A stretch of 64,000 nt of DNA from a virus, in the IMG/VR virus record IMGVR_UViG_3300020463_001984, positions 12,017-76,016 of that record; one strand, 5' to 3'. Made by a program: the position numbers and the translations under genes. Shown piece after piece: positions 9,931 to 21,400 of this stretch; position 1 is the first letter of the stretch, and every line of letters begins with the position of its first letter. The notes under the pieces are model-generated. The model saw nothing but the letters and a program-made list of their open reading frames with translations. It was not told the origin of the DNA and did no database searches.

Positions 9931-11394
9931 ATGGCAAAACAAGCAGTTAACACAGGTGTACTTCCAAACGATGGACAAGGGGATAACCTACGTTCAGGTG
10001 CTGTTAAAATTAATAATAACTTCACAGAGTTATATACAGCATTAGGAGATGGAACGAACCTAACAACGGTAACGAATGGAGTATTTAATAGTGCACCTGA
10101 CTTATCGACAGGAAGTAATAAAATTACATTTAAGTATGCCGCTTATGGCGACCTACCTTCAGCAACAACATACGATGGTGCTATTGCAAAAGTAACAGCA
10201 GATAATTGTGTGTACTATGCTCATAACAATGCATGGGTCAAAATGCTTGACACTAACAAGACTATCGGTGATTTGTCAAACGTCGCTAATACTACTCCAA
10301 CTAACGGTGACAGTCTTGTATGGGATCAAAGTTTAGGAACATGGAAACCAGATGCAGTAGCAGGAGGCGGTGGAGGATCGGCTACATTCGCTGGCTTATC
10401 AGATACACCAGCGGCATTTACATCTAATGCAGGAAAACTTTTAAGAGTGAATGCAGGAGCAACCGCTTTAGAATTTGTAACAGCAATCACAGCCTCAGAA
10501 GTAGCAACTATTTCAATTGATGCATTAAGTGATGTTGATACAACAACATCTGCTCCAAGTACTGGACAAGTTTTAAAATGGGATGGGGCAAAATGGGCAC
10601 CAGCGGCTGACGTAACATCAGGCGGTGGCGGAACTGATGCTGATACACTTGATGGTCAAGATGGTTCTTACTACTTAAATTATAATAACTTTACAAACAC
10701 TCCAACATTGTTTGGTGGTGCTTTCTTAAACTTATCTGACACACCAGGTGCGTTTACAGGAGCGGCAAACAGATTTGTAAAAGTTAAATCAGACGGAACT
10801 GGTTTAGAATTTGTTGCGGATCAATCAACAGACCAAAACTTATTTGCAACTTTCTCAGGTGATAGTGGATCAACAACTGCTAACACATTAACTGATACAC
10901 TTACTATTGCAGGTGGTTCAAATATCACAACAGCAGTATCAGGTGATACATTAACAGTTAGTTTCAATGGAAGTTTAGGTGCTACTACACTTGGTGCTTT
11001 GACTGATGTTGATACATCAGGAGCCAGAGCAGGTGATAGCATTTCATATGATGGTTCAAGTTGGGACGTTGTAAACGGTCCAAGAGTAAGTTGGTATATT
11101 GGAGCAAATGGATCTTCAGATTATACTTTCCAAGGACCAGGATTTCCAACAACACAAAATGATCCTTTGTTATACTTGATGAGAGGGATGACTTATGTGT
11201 TTATAAATTCAACAGGTGGTTCACACCCATTTGAAATTAGAACTACAAATGGTGGATCAGCATACACAGACGGCGTATCAGGAAGTAAAACAGGTACACA
11301 ATTTTTTACTGTACCAATGAATGCTCCTAATACTTTATATTACCAATGTACGGCACACTCGAACATGGGTAATACTATGAATATTGTAACGTAA
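9931..11394 (+). CDS. Baseplate-attached fibre protein with T4 gp9/gp10-like N-terminus and C-terminal cupredoxin-like module
   Basis: MAKQ.VNTG..PNDGQGDNLRSGAVKINNNFTELY matches the gp9/gp10 N-terminal pattern; LSDV/LSDTP fibre repeats; C-terminal HPF...YYQCTAHSNMG. Confidence 0.7.
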   Translation: MAKQAVNTGVLPNDGQGDNLRSGAVKINNNFTELYTALGDGTNLTTVTNGVFNSAPDLSTGSNKITFKYAAYGDLPSATTYDGAIAKVTADNCVYYAHNNAWVKMLDTNKTIGDLSNVANTTPTNGDSLVWDQSLGTWKPDAVAGGGGGSATFAGLSDTPAAFTSNAGKLLRVNAGATALEFVTAITASEVATISIDALSDVDTTTSAPSTGQVLKWDGAKWAPAADVTSGGGGTDADTLDGQDGSYYLNYNNFTNTPTLFGGAFLNLSDTPGAFTGAANRFVKVKSDGTGLEFVADQSTDQNLFATFSGDSGSTTANTLTDTLTIAGGSNITTAVSGDTLTVSFNGSLGATTLGALTDVDTSGARAGDSISYDGSSWDVVNGPRVSWYIGANGSSDYTFQGPGFPTTQNDPLLYLMRGMTYVFINSTGGSHPFEIRTTNGGSAYTDGVSGSKTGTQFFTVPMNAPNTLYYQCTAHSNMGNTMNIVT

Positions 11395-11405
11395 GGAGAA
11401 AATAA

Positions 11406-11774
11406 GTGAGTTCTTTTACTGTAGGAAATAACATACAAACTGTAAATGCAACCGTAAAGGGTGCAAGATACTTTTATGGTTTGAGACGAACTGACGATGG
11501 AGATTTGTACTTAATTAAAGCAGATGCTTTGAAAACGACTGATGGTGTACAAGTTAACAAGCCAGGTGATCCTACACAAAATTTACCAGATTTCCAAAGA
11601 GGAATAGAGTTTTATTCTGGTAGAGATGAGGAACATAATAAAACTTACGAGAATCTAAATTATGAACAATACAGATGGGATGACAGAAGTTTATTTTATT
11701 ATGTCGATAGTGAAGGACAACTAACAGTTAGAGTAAATGAACAATATGATTATCCTAACGGAGTAAGTCCATAA
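11406..11774 (+). CDS. Virion protein, family B copy 2
   Basis: GTG start with SD AAGGAG; strong similarity to 9456. Confidence 0.7.
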   Translation: MSSFTVGNNIQTVNATVKGARYFYGLRRTDDGDLYLIKADALKTTDGVQVNKPGDPTQNLPDFQRGIEFYSGRDEEHNKTYENLNYEQYRWDDRSLFYYVDSEGQLTVRVNEQYDYPNGVSP

Positions 11775-11782
11775 TGTACAAC

Positions 11783-11790
11783 GATAAATA
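11783..11790 (+). promoter_or_regulatory. Putative late promoter GATAAATA
   Basis: Intergenic TAAATA core upstream of the giant fibre gene. Confidence 0.65.
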
Positions 11791-11820
11791 CATTAAATTA
11801 AGTGAAAGAGTTCAAGAGTA

Positions 11821-14800
11821 ATGGCCGAATTTAAACTAGATAGAATACGCTTTAGGTGGAAAGGTGCATGGGCATCGACAACTGCCTATATCAAAGACGA
11901 CATTGTTTCATACGGTGGTAAGATTTACGTTTGTATATTCGGACACACATCAGTTGACGACACGGTTGCAGGAACAGACTTTTACACAGATGCATTTGAT
12001 AGTACAAATCCTAAATGGACACAAATGCTTGATGGTGTTTCATGGAAAAACACATGGCAACCAGGTACATATTATAAAGTAAATGACATTGTAAAATACG
12101 GTGGGCAACTATACCAATGTATCATTGGACATGATTCAAGCACTTACACAGTGCCAAGTTCAGCAACAACTTATACTGTTCTTACAAGAAATGATACAGT
12201 CAATACTCCAGAAGATAAAGATTATGTTGTAACAGTTGAACAAGGAAGTCCATCACAAACTGATGGTTACTTCTTCTTAGATGATGTTCAAGCACCAACT
12301 GTAAGTTTTGTAAAAGGAAAAACTTATACATTTGATCAATCACCAGGTAGCAACGAAACTTGGAATACAAAAATTCATCCGTTGGCTTTTAGTATAACTG
12401 CTGACGGAACAAACACAACAGGAACTTATTACGAAACTGGAGTAACATACGAACTAGATGGTACTGCGGTAACAAGAATAAATTATGATGCAGGATTTGC
12501 CGCGGCAACATCAAGAAAAGTTATTTTCCAAGTACCAGCAAATGCTCCAACTACTTTATATTACTTTTCAAATAGTAGTGCAAACAGAGGCGGAACAATT
12601 AATGTTTCAGAAGCGGCTGGAAACTTTTATCTAGCAGGAACTGAAAATAGAGTTTTAAGTTTAGTAGAAGGACATCAATACTTATTTGATCAAACAGATA
12701 GTTCTAATGCAACATTCGGTGGAACAGCACACCCAATGGTATTAAGTACATATTGGGACGGACATCATAATGGTGGTTCAGTTTACGGGAATGGCGTAAC
12801 TTATCTATTAGATGGCAGTGTGGTTACACTTGCAAGTTACCTAAGTGGATTTGCGGCGGCATCAGATAGAAAAGTAAAATTTATTGTTCCTAGCAATCCA
12901 CCAGACAAAATTTATTACTACGATTACAATCAAGCAGACACAGGTAACAAACATAAAAACGAAGGCCAGTATTTCCATTTATATGACAATGGAGAAATTG
13001 GTGATTCAGATATTGGTAATTGGAAAATTTTAGATGCTTCAGATAATTGGAGATTTGAATGGCAACCTCTTACAAAATATAGAATAGGCGACACTATTAA
13101 GTATGGTGGCATCCTTTACAGATGTACATCAGCACATACAAGTTCTAACACTGTTACTGGTCTTGAATTAGATATTGCTAAATGGATTACTGTATTAGAA
13201 ACAGATACTTGGAAAGGTGATTGGACGCCTGGTAAAAGATATTTCAATCATGACATTGTTAGATATGGTGGAATTACAAAAAGATGTGTAACAGGACACG
13301 TTGCTCAGGCTGATGATAATTTAGGTATTGAGCCTGATGATGCCAAATGGGAAACTTTAGTTGACGGCATTGAATATATTGGCGAATGGTTAGCAAGACA
13401 AGATTTAAATGTTTCATCATTTTCAGGATCATCTGCAACCTGTGTACACAACTATACAGCAGACGACAACGGAAGTATTTTAAAATATACAACCACAGGT
13501 ACAAAAGATACGTCACTTATTGCTGACAAATTTTATTATTTTAGATATGTAGATGCAACAAATATTAGTTTCCACCTTAACAAAGATGATGCAATAATAG
13601 GTAGAGATCCAGTTACGTTTAGTGGAGATTCAGTTGGATCACAAACACTAGAAGTAAGTAAAAAAATTAAACTTGGTGACCTTGTACGTTATGGTCCAAC
13701 ATTATTTAGATGTACTACTGCACACGTTCCAGGAACACAGTTTTCTACAGCATTCTTTAGTACTTGGATTCCAGGATTAGGATTTGAAAACCAATGGCAA
13801 GATACTATAACTTACCAACCAGGAGACATTGTAACTTATGGTGGATATAGTTATACAGCATTAACAGTTAATACGTCTTCAGTACCAAGTGCTAATTTAC
13901 TTGCTCAAGACACGGGCGATTGGGAACTTTTAACACAAGGTTACAGAGTTGGTGCATCATATAATTCAGATCAATCAACACAAGATACTGCATCAGACTG
14001 GGGAAATACAACTGCATATAAAACTGGAGACGTTGTAAGATTAAATGGTCATGTGTTTATTGCTTTAAGAGATAGCACAGGTAGTGAACCAGATGATTCA
14101 TTAACAACAACAACTTATGCAGTGACAGTTGGAAATCCAGGTTCAGGAAATAGATATTATATTGATGGTGTAGCAGAAGCAACACTTACTTTAATTGAAG
14201 GCAATACTTACATCTTTAATCAATCTGCTACAAGTAATAATACGCACCCGATGTATATTAGTACAGTTAGTAACGGACATTGGAATGATAGTACTTACAA
14301 TTATTATCAACCAGGAGTCGTTTATCATTTAGATGGTACAGATTATTTAAACGCACAAGATTACAGTAGTGGATTTAATAGTGCAACTGTTAGATATGTA
14401 AAAATTACAGTACCAAGAGATGCTTACAAACAATTATATCCAGTATGTGATAATCATTCAGGAATGTATGGTACTGGTGTATGGAACACAGGACAGTCTG
14501 GAAATAATTGGCAAACTTTAATTACAGGTGATCATTGGAAAGACTTTTGGATTGAAGCAGATCCTATTAGTTTATCTCCAACAAATTATTACTTAGGTGA
14601 TATTGTAACATACGAAGGTACATTGTATAGATGTGTTAAACGTCATACAGCATCTACATCAGGTTCAAGACCAGACCTTGATATGGATTACACTCAAGAA
14701 AATTACTGGACTAAAGTTATTCAGGGTGGACTAACAAATGTACTTCAATACAGAGGTGATATTAGATCACATGATGGAACAAGCACTGTAAGAAGAGGAA

Positions 14801-17800
14801 TTGGTAATCCAGGAGATGTATTAAAAGTAATTAATACTATACCGTCATACGAAGATTTAGGTGCAGTTGCAAACGTATTTTATGTTGCAACTAACGGAAT
14901 AGATAATACAGATACAGGTAGAGGTTTATCTGACTCGGCTCCTTTTGCAAGTGTTAAGTATGCTTGTGATCACATTTTCCAAGATGAAGCAACTAGATCT
15001 CCTGCAACAATTTTTGTTAAGACAGGAACATACAAAGAACAATTACCTATCAAGGTACCGGCAGACGTTGCTATCGTAGGTGACGAACTACGTTCAACTA
15101 GAATTGAACCGGCAACTTCTGCATTTGAAACTTCAGATATGTTTAGAGTGCGTAATGGTTGCGGTATTAGAAACATGACATTGGCAGGATTAAAAGGTAC
15201 ACTTTCGGCGGAAGATGCTTATCAAACGAAACGTGTAGTTGGCGGAGCCTTTGTTGCTCTTGATCCAGGTGATGGTCCAAACGATACAAGTGTACATATT
15301 ATAAACAAATCAACTTATGTACAAAACGTTTCAACGTTCGGTGAAAAATGTATAGGTTTAAGAATTGATGGCGACTTACACAGTGCTGGTAACAAATCAG
15401 TTGTCGCTAACGACTTTACACAGATTATACAACAAGGTATTGGTTTCTGGTGTAGTGGTGAAGGTAAAGCAGAACTTGTTTCTGTGTTTACTTACTATTG
15501 TCATATAGGTTATCTATGTACGGATGGTGGTAAGGTACGTGCAACTAATGGTAACAATTCATATGGTGACTTTGGTTCTGTAGCAATTGGATTTGATAAT
15601 ACAGAAACTCCAATCACAGGAAAAATAAACAACTACTCCGGAGAAGCAACAGTCAGTAAAGTGTTTAATGATGAAAATCAATTATTTACAGTTGGTTATA
15701 GTAATGCAGGTAATCACTATACAAGTGGGACAGTTGCTATTACAGGATCAGGTTTGAATGCGGCGGCTAACTTAAAAGAATTTAGAGACAACGGTATCAT
15801 GGAAGTTAGAGTTGTTGACCCAGGTGACTCAAGTATAGCAGGTGGTGCCGGATATACTTTTGTAAACAACAGAGCACAACTTGGTGATAGCCTTAGTATT
15901 AATATTGCAAACTCTGATGTAAACAACGAATTATATTATCTAAACAAACTTTTAACTATCGTTGAAGGTGAAGGTAGAGGACAGTATGGTTACATAACAA
16001 GTTATGATTGGAATACAGGCGGAGTCATTGCAGGAACAGTAACAAGTGCCACTGACGCAGTTAGAGTTGAAGGATCATACACAGGAAAAACTGGTACAAG
16101 TAGTAACGGTCTTGCTACTCCACCAACAGTAACTTTGACAGTTGATGCAACAGGCGATGTAACAGTAACAGTAACAGCAGTTGGAAAAAATAACCTAGCA
16201 GATGATATTATTACTTACACTAATGTTGACTTTGGTGGTCAAGGTGCAAACGTAACATTTAAAATCAGTTCAGTAAGTTTAGGTAACAAAAGAATGACAA
16301 TAGCAAGACAGGCAGACGGTGTTGCTGGTTGGGAACACTTATTACCTGGACAACCTATTAAAACAGTTTTAGATGAAACTACTAGATATCAAATCACTCC
16401 AAGAATTGATGTTAGTGAGCCACCTTACAATGCTAACAATTACAATACACCTTCAGGTACTGATGTAAAAGAATTTGCTTATCAGAAAATAGGCAGTAAC
16501 AGATTAACAGTTGGTGTTGGAAACAACAGTATGATTTGGACAACTGATGGTACTAGTTGGAACAATGCGGCAAGTTATACTAACTTACCTTATGTGTCAG
16601 TTGCAGAAGGAAATAACTTTTTTGTAGCAATTGATAGTGCAGGTAACACAAGAAAATCAGGAGACGGTACTAACTGGTCAAGTGCTGGTAGTTTACCAAC
16701 AAATACATATAATACAATAAGATATGGTAACGGTTATCATATTGCTATTGCAGATTCACAATCCAATGCTTACGTAAGTTCTAACAATGGAGATACGTGG
16801 ACAACTGTTGCGGCAGGCTTTAGTAATGTTAAATTCCTTGCTTACGGTAATGACAAATGGATAGCAATGAACCAAGCAGGTGATACTTGGGAAAGTATAG
16901 ATAATGGAAGTTCATGGTCATCAGGACCTGACTTAGGAGCAGTACAATATGATGTTGCAAGTTTATGTTTTGGTAACGGAAGATTTGTAGCGGCGGCATA
17001 TGATTCACCAAACGATATTTCAACTGTAAATAATAAATTTTTCTACAGTCTAACAAATAAAAGTGTTGCGGCAGGAAGCACACAATGGTTAATGGGTGAA
17101 GATACTCCTGCGGCAGATAACTTTTTTGTTTCATACCAACAAGGTGTGTTTGTGGCAATAAGTGCTAATGGACAAGTTTGTGTATCTCCAGATGGAAACT
17201 TATGGGACAACAAATCATCATTAGGTGGTTCGTATGTTGGAATAGGTGCAGGTAGTTCACGTACAAGTGGACCACAATTCTTTCCAATACAAAACGGAAC
17301 AGTATCACAGATAACAACAATTGAATACGGTGCAAGAGCAAGACTTATTCCTCAATTAGCAAGTAATAGAATAAGTGAATTTACTATTATTGAACCAGGT
17401 TCAGGATACACAGGATCAGCACCAACTTTAAGTATTGTAGATCCAGACAAACAAACATCAGTGACTTATGAAGTAAGATTAGGTACAGGAGTTTGTGGAC
17501 CAATTGAATTTACTAACAGAGGTACAGGATATTTAAATATTTCAGTAACAGTAACTGGTGATGGTTATAGAGATCAATACCAACTAGGTGAAAATATTGT
17601 TGTTAAAGATTTATCAAGAGAACCAGGACCTGGAGATAATTTATACATAAATGAAATTAATGATGTTGTTTATAGTGTTCAAGCAGTAACAAATAAAACT
17701 GGTAGTGAACCTAATTTACAAGCAACGTTACAAATTAGTCCAACTATAGATAGGGCAGAATCTCCTAACCATGAAGAAACATTTATTATTAGACAAAAAT

Positions 17801-18441
17801 ACAGTCAGGTTAGATTAACAGGACACGACTTCTTAGAAATTGGTAGAGGTGATGAACTTCAATCTAACTATCCGTTGTTAATACCTGATATTAACTATGA
17901 AAACAAATCATTCAATGAAACTGCACAAGGTAATGGTGGTAGAGTATTTTATACATCAACAGACCAAGCAGGTAACTTTAGAGTTGGTGAATTATTTGAA
18001 GTTGAACAAAGCACAGGTATTGTTACCCTTAATGCAAGTTACTTCAAACTTGATGGATTAACAGAACTTAGATTAGGTGGTGTAACACTTGGTGGAACAA
18101 ACGCACTTATTAAAGAATTCAGTAAAGATGGCACATTTGCCGCAAATAGTAATGAAATTGTACCAACACAAAGAGCAGTAGCGGCTTATATTGCTTCTAG
18201 AATATCAGGTGGTGGTGTAAACGTTAATGTTAACGCATTAATATCAGGAGAAGTCAAAGTCATAGGTAATCAAATTACAACAACCAGTGGAAATACCATA
18301 CAAGTACCGGTAAAAATGAATTTCCAGAAGGGAATTGACGGATCTATGGCGGCAATGACGTATTTTACAGCAGGAGGAATATTTTCGAATATAGACGAGG
18401 GTGATCCTACTACTCCACAGGAGCAAGGCTATGGTTTATAG
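11821..18441 (+). CDS. Giant mosaic fibre/appendage protein (W-rich CBM5/12-like repeats, cupredoxin-like inserts, beta-helix, Asp-box propeller); paralog of 18491
   Basis: Eight Y..GD.V.YGG..Y.C...H repeats; FVKTGTY.E.LP..VP....VGDELRS helix motif; Asp-boxes (SSNNGDTW, SIDNGSSW); C-terminal QVRLTGHDFL..STDQ.GNFRVG. Confidence 0.75.
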   Translation: MAEFKLDRIRFRWKGAWASTTAYIKDDIVSYGGKIYVCIFGHTSVDDTVAGTDFYTDAFDSTNPKWTQMLDGVSWKNTWQPGTYYKVNDIVKYGGQLYQCIIGHDSSTYTVPSSATTYTVLTRNDTVNTPEDKDYVVTVEQGSPSQTDGYFFLDDVQAPTVSFVKGKTYTFDQSPGSNETWNTKIHPLAFSITADGTNTTGTYYETGVTYELDGTAVTRINYDAGFAAATSRKVIFQVPANAPTTLYYFSNSSANRGGTINVSEAAGNFYLAGTENRVLSLVEGHQYLFDQTDSSNATFGGTAHPMVLSTYWDGHHNGGSVYGNGVTYLLDGSVVTLASYLSGFAAASDRKVKFIVPSNPPDKIYYYDYNQADTGNKHKNEGQYFHLYDNGEIGDSDIGNWKILDASDNWRFEWQPLTKYRIGDTIKYGGILYRCTSAHTSSNTVTGLELDIAKWITVLETDTWKGDWTPGKRYFNHDIVRYGGITKRCVTGHVAQADDNLGIEPDDAKWETLVDGIEYIGEWLARQDLNVSSFSGSSATCVHNYTADDNGSILKYTTTGTKDTSLIADKFYYFRYVDATNISFHLNKDDAIIGRDPVTFSGDSVGSQTLEVSKKIKLGDLVRYGPTLFRCTTAHVPGTQFSTAFFSTWIPGLGFENQWQDTITYQPGDIVTYGGYSYTALTVNTSSVPSANLLAQDTGDWELLTQGYRVGASYNSDQSTQDTASDWGNTTAYKTGDVVRLNGHVFIALRDSTGSEPDDSLTTTTYAVTVGNPGSGNRYYIDGVAEATLTLIEGNTYIFNQSATSNNTHPMYISTVSNGHWNDSTYNYYQPGVVYHLDGTDYLNAQDYSSGFNSATVRYVKITVPRDAYKQLYPVCDNHSGMYGTGVWNTGQSGNNWQTLITGDHWKDFWIEADPISLSPTNYYLGDIVTYEGTLYRCVKRHTASTSGSRPDLDMDYTQENYWTKVIQGGLTNVLQYRGDIRSHDGTSTVRRGIGNPGDVLKVINTIPSYEDLGAVANVFYVATNGIDNTDTGRGLSDSAPFASVKYACDHIFQDEATRSPATIFVKTGTYKEQLPIKVPADVAIVGDELRSTRIEPATSAFETSDMFRVRNGCGIRNMTLAGLKGTLSAEDAYQTKRVVGGAFVALDPGDGPNDTSVHIINKSTYVQNVSTFGEKCIGLRIDGDLHSAGNKSVVANDFTQIIQQGIGFWCSGEGKAELVSVFTYYCHIGYLCTDGGKVRATNGNNSYGDFGSVAIGFDNTETPITGKINNYSGEATVSKVFNDENQLFTVGYSNAGNHYTSGTVAITGSGLNAAANLKEFRDNGIMEVRVVDPGDSSIAGGAGYTFVNNRAQLGDSLSINIANSDVNNELYYLNKLLTIVEGEGRGQYGYITSYDWNTGGVIAGTVTSATDAVRVEGSYTGKTGTSSNGLATPPTVTLTVDATGDVTVTVTAVGKNNLADDIITYTNVDFGGQGANVTFKISSVSLGNKRMTIARQADGVAGWEHLLPGQPIKTVLDETTRYQITPRIDVSEPPYNANNYNTPSGTDVKEFAYQKIGSNRLTVGVGNNSMIWTTDGTSWNNAASYTNLPYVSVAEGNNFFVAIDSAGNTRKSGDGTNWSSAGSLPTNTYNTIRYGNGYHIAIADSQSNAYVSSNNGDTWTTVAAGFSNVKFLAYGNDKWIAMNQAGDTWESIDNGSSWSSGPDLGAVQYDVASLCFGNGRFVAAAYDSPNDISTVNNKFFYSLTNKSVAAGSTQWLMGEDTPAADNFFVSYQQGVFVAISANGQVCVSPDGNLWDNKSSLGGSYVGIGAGSSRTSGPQFFPIQNGTVSQITTIEYGARARLIPQLASNRISEFTIIEPGSGYTGSAPTLSIVDPDKQTSVTYEVRLGTGVCGPIEFTNRGTGYLNISVTVTGDGYRDQYQLGENIVVKDLSREPGPGDNLYINEINDVVYSVQAVTNKTGSEPNLQATLQISPTIDRAESPNHEETFIIRQKYSQVRLTGHDFLEIGRGDELQSNYPLLIPDINYENKSFNETAQGNGGRVFYTSTDQAGNFRVGELFEVEQSTGIVTLNASYFKLDGLTELRLGGVTLGGTNALIKEFSKDGTFAANSNEIVPTQRAVAAYIASRISGGGVNVNVNALISGEVKVIGNQITTTSGNTIQVPVKMNFQKGIDGSMAAMTYFTAGGIFSNIDEGDPTTPQEQGYGL

Positions 18442-18455
18442 GAATTTAAGATAAT

Positions 18456-18463
18456 GATAAATA
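18456..18463 (+). promoter_or_regulatory. Putative late promoter GATAAATA
   Basis: Intergenic TAAATA core. Confidence 0.65.
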
Positions 18464-18490
18464 TATTTAAGAAAGCGATAGGTTTCAAAA

Positions 18491-21400
18491 ATGGCAGAAT
18501 TTAAACTAGGTAGAATCAGATTTATATGGAAAGGTGCGTGGGTATCTGCGACACAATACTATAAAGATGACGTAATCAGATATGGTGGAAGAACTTACAT
18601 TTGTATTCTTGGACACACTGCTTCTGGCACGTTTGAAACAGACCAAGCAACTAAATGGAACAACCTAGCAGACGGTCAAGAATGGAAAAGCGACTGGGCA
18701 TTATCAACAGTTTATAAGCCAAATGATATTGTAAAGTACGGAAGTTTACTTTATATTGCTAACACTGGACACACTTCAGCAAGTACTACATCAGACGGAT
18801 TAGAATTAGATCAATCCAAATGGGATTTATGGTCAGAAGGTTTTGATTGGAAAGGTGCTTGGGGAGTAAGTACAAGATACAAAATAAATGACATCATAGC
18901 ATATGGTGGTGATTTATATCTTTGTACAGAAAAACACACTTCGGCGGCTTCAACTTCCGATGGTTTAGAATTAGATAATGCAAAGTGGGATACATTTGCA
19001 AGAGGTCTTGAGTGGAGAGGCGATTGGGGTGCTACAACAAGATATAGAATTAATGATGTTGTCAAATACGGTGGACAAATTTATGTTTGTAACGCAGGAC
19101 ACACTGCCGCGGCAAACGTTGCACTTGGTTTAGAAGCGAATCAATCAAGTTGGGATTACCTACACAAAGGTATTGAATACAAAGGTAACTGGGCAACTAC
19201 AACAAGATATAAAATTAATGATTTAGTTAAGTATGGTGGAGACATTTGGATTTGTACTACATTCCATACTTCAACAACTACACTTGCCGCTGATGAAAGT
19301 AACTGGGCAATATTTGTTCCAGGTTTAGAATTTGAAGACAGTTGGCAAAATAACGTAAACTATCAACCAGGTGACGTTGTTACTTACGGTGGTTATTCTT
19401 ATATTTCAAAAACAAATAACTATGCCGCAACACCTTACAACAATACATCAAACTGGGATTTATTTACAACAGGATTTAGTTTAAAAGGTGATTACAATAA
19501 CACAACAAATTATAAAGTTGGAGATGTTGTAAGAGTAGGTGGCTGGACATACTTGGCGATTGCTGATGGTGTTGGTAACAGACCACCGGACAATACAAAA
19601 TGGGATAAATTAAACCAAGGCTTCTATTGGAAGAATACTTGGACTAATGGAACATACTATGATAAAGGTGATGTTGTTAGAGGTATTAACAATATTAACT
19701 CTTATGTTTGTGTAGCAGAACACACATCAGATCAAGTAACAGCACAGAATAGACCAGACCAAGATTTAGATGGTAGTGAATGGAATCTATTAAGTGGTGG
19801 TGTTGAATCAGGTAACTTAACAACACGTGGTGACCTTGTTTACTACGGTGGTTCAGGTCCAACTAGACTTGCTATTGGTTCTCCAGGACAGGTATTAAAA
19901 GTAAATGACGCTGGTACAGACCCAGTGTGGGGTTACTTTGGTCAGATAGAAGCAGTTTATTATGTAGCATCAACAGGATTAGATCAAGTCGTTCCCGCTT
20001 ATGGTGTAACACTTGATAAACCTTTCAAAACTGTACAGTTTGGTTTACAACAAATTGAAAAAGGTGCAAGAAAACCTTATGCAACAGAATTATTTAAAAG
20101 AAACAAAGCATTTATTGTTGCTGAAACTTTAGCATGGGTTGATAGACAAATTTCAACTAACGCAAGTCCGTTTAGTGCTTCATTTACATACACAGCGGCT
20201 AACTGGTCAAGAGATTTAAGACACTTGTTAGATGGTGTTGAGTTTGATCTATGTCATGGCGGTAATAGAAAATCAAGACAAGTTGCTTTAAGTTTCTTTA
20301 GATCAAATTCATTTAGTTATTATGTAACTAACAGTTCACTTACAACTGAGTGGGCGGCAATGTTAGTTTACATGAAAACTTTAATTGATGATATATTAAC
20401 ACAAAACACTCCAAGTACAAATTATCAAACTTTAATGAGTGTATCTCCTGCAACGTTGCAAATTAAAAATGCAACTATTTCAGAAGAACCAGGAGCACAA
20501 ACAGTTGTAGATAGTTTAGTAGATATTTCAAGATCAGCATTAGTGGCAAATAGTGCAACAAGCACAACTTACAATGTTACAGCGGCAACTTATAACGGTG
20601 TTACAGGAGACATGGATCTAACTATTGGATCACACACTTTACCAGTAAACACAAAAATTATTTTAAAAACAAATAGTTTAACATTTACTTGTGCTAAAGA
20701 TGATCATGCAACTAACCACACATATCCAAGGACAACTGATCCAGCATACGCAACACCAATTTCAGTTACAAGTACAACAGGAACAACAATTAGAGTAAAC
20801 GTTGGAAAGAATCCTGATGGTAACTATGCTCACTTATTTGTAAGTGCAACAGCAGGTGCAGTTTCGTTAGCAAGTGGCGGAGGTATTCCAGCAGAGATAG
20901 TTGCAAACGATACATTATTTGTTAAGACAGGAACATTTGCAGAAGTACTTCCAATGGTAATTCCAGAAAGTTGTGCAGTTGTAGGTGACGAACTACGTTC
21001 AACAAAAATTACTCCAGCAGGTCAACTAACAAGTTCAGATGATACTGCATTTAGTTTATATGGTATTCTTCATATGAAATCTATCATTGATAATATCATT
21101 CTTAATACAAGTATTACAAAACAAACAAACAATCCTTTAACACAGGATACAGCACACCCGGCAGGTGATGCCGCGGCTGTTACAAAAGCAGAAGCAGTTG
21201 TAGATGCTATACACGATTACATTAACTTTAATGTTGTAAGTGATTCAACAGCAGTCAATCCTACAATGAAAGGACAGATGAGTCCAAATCAAGAGTTAGG
21301 TGTAAAAAATGCTGTATTAAGATTAGAAGAAAACAAAGATTTTATTGCAGAAGATGTAACAAATTACATTTTAAATACATTCCCAGGATACACTGGTTTT

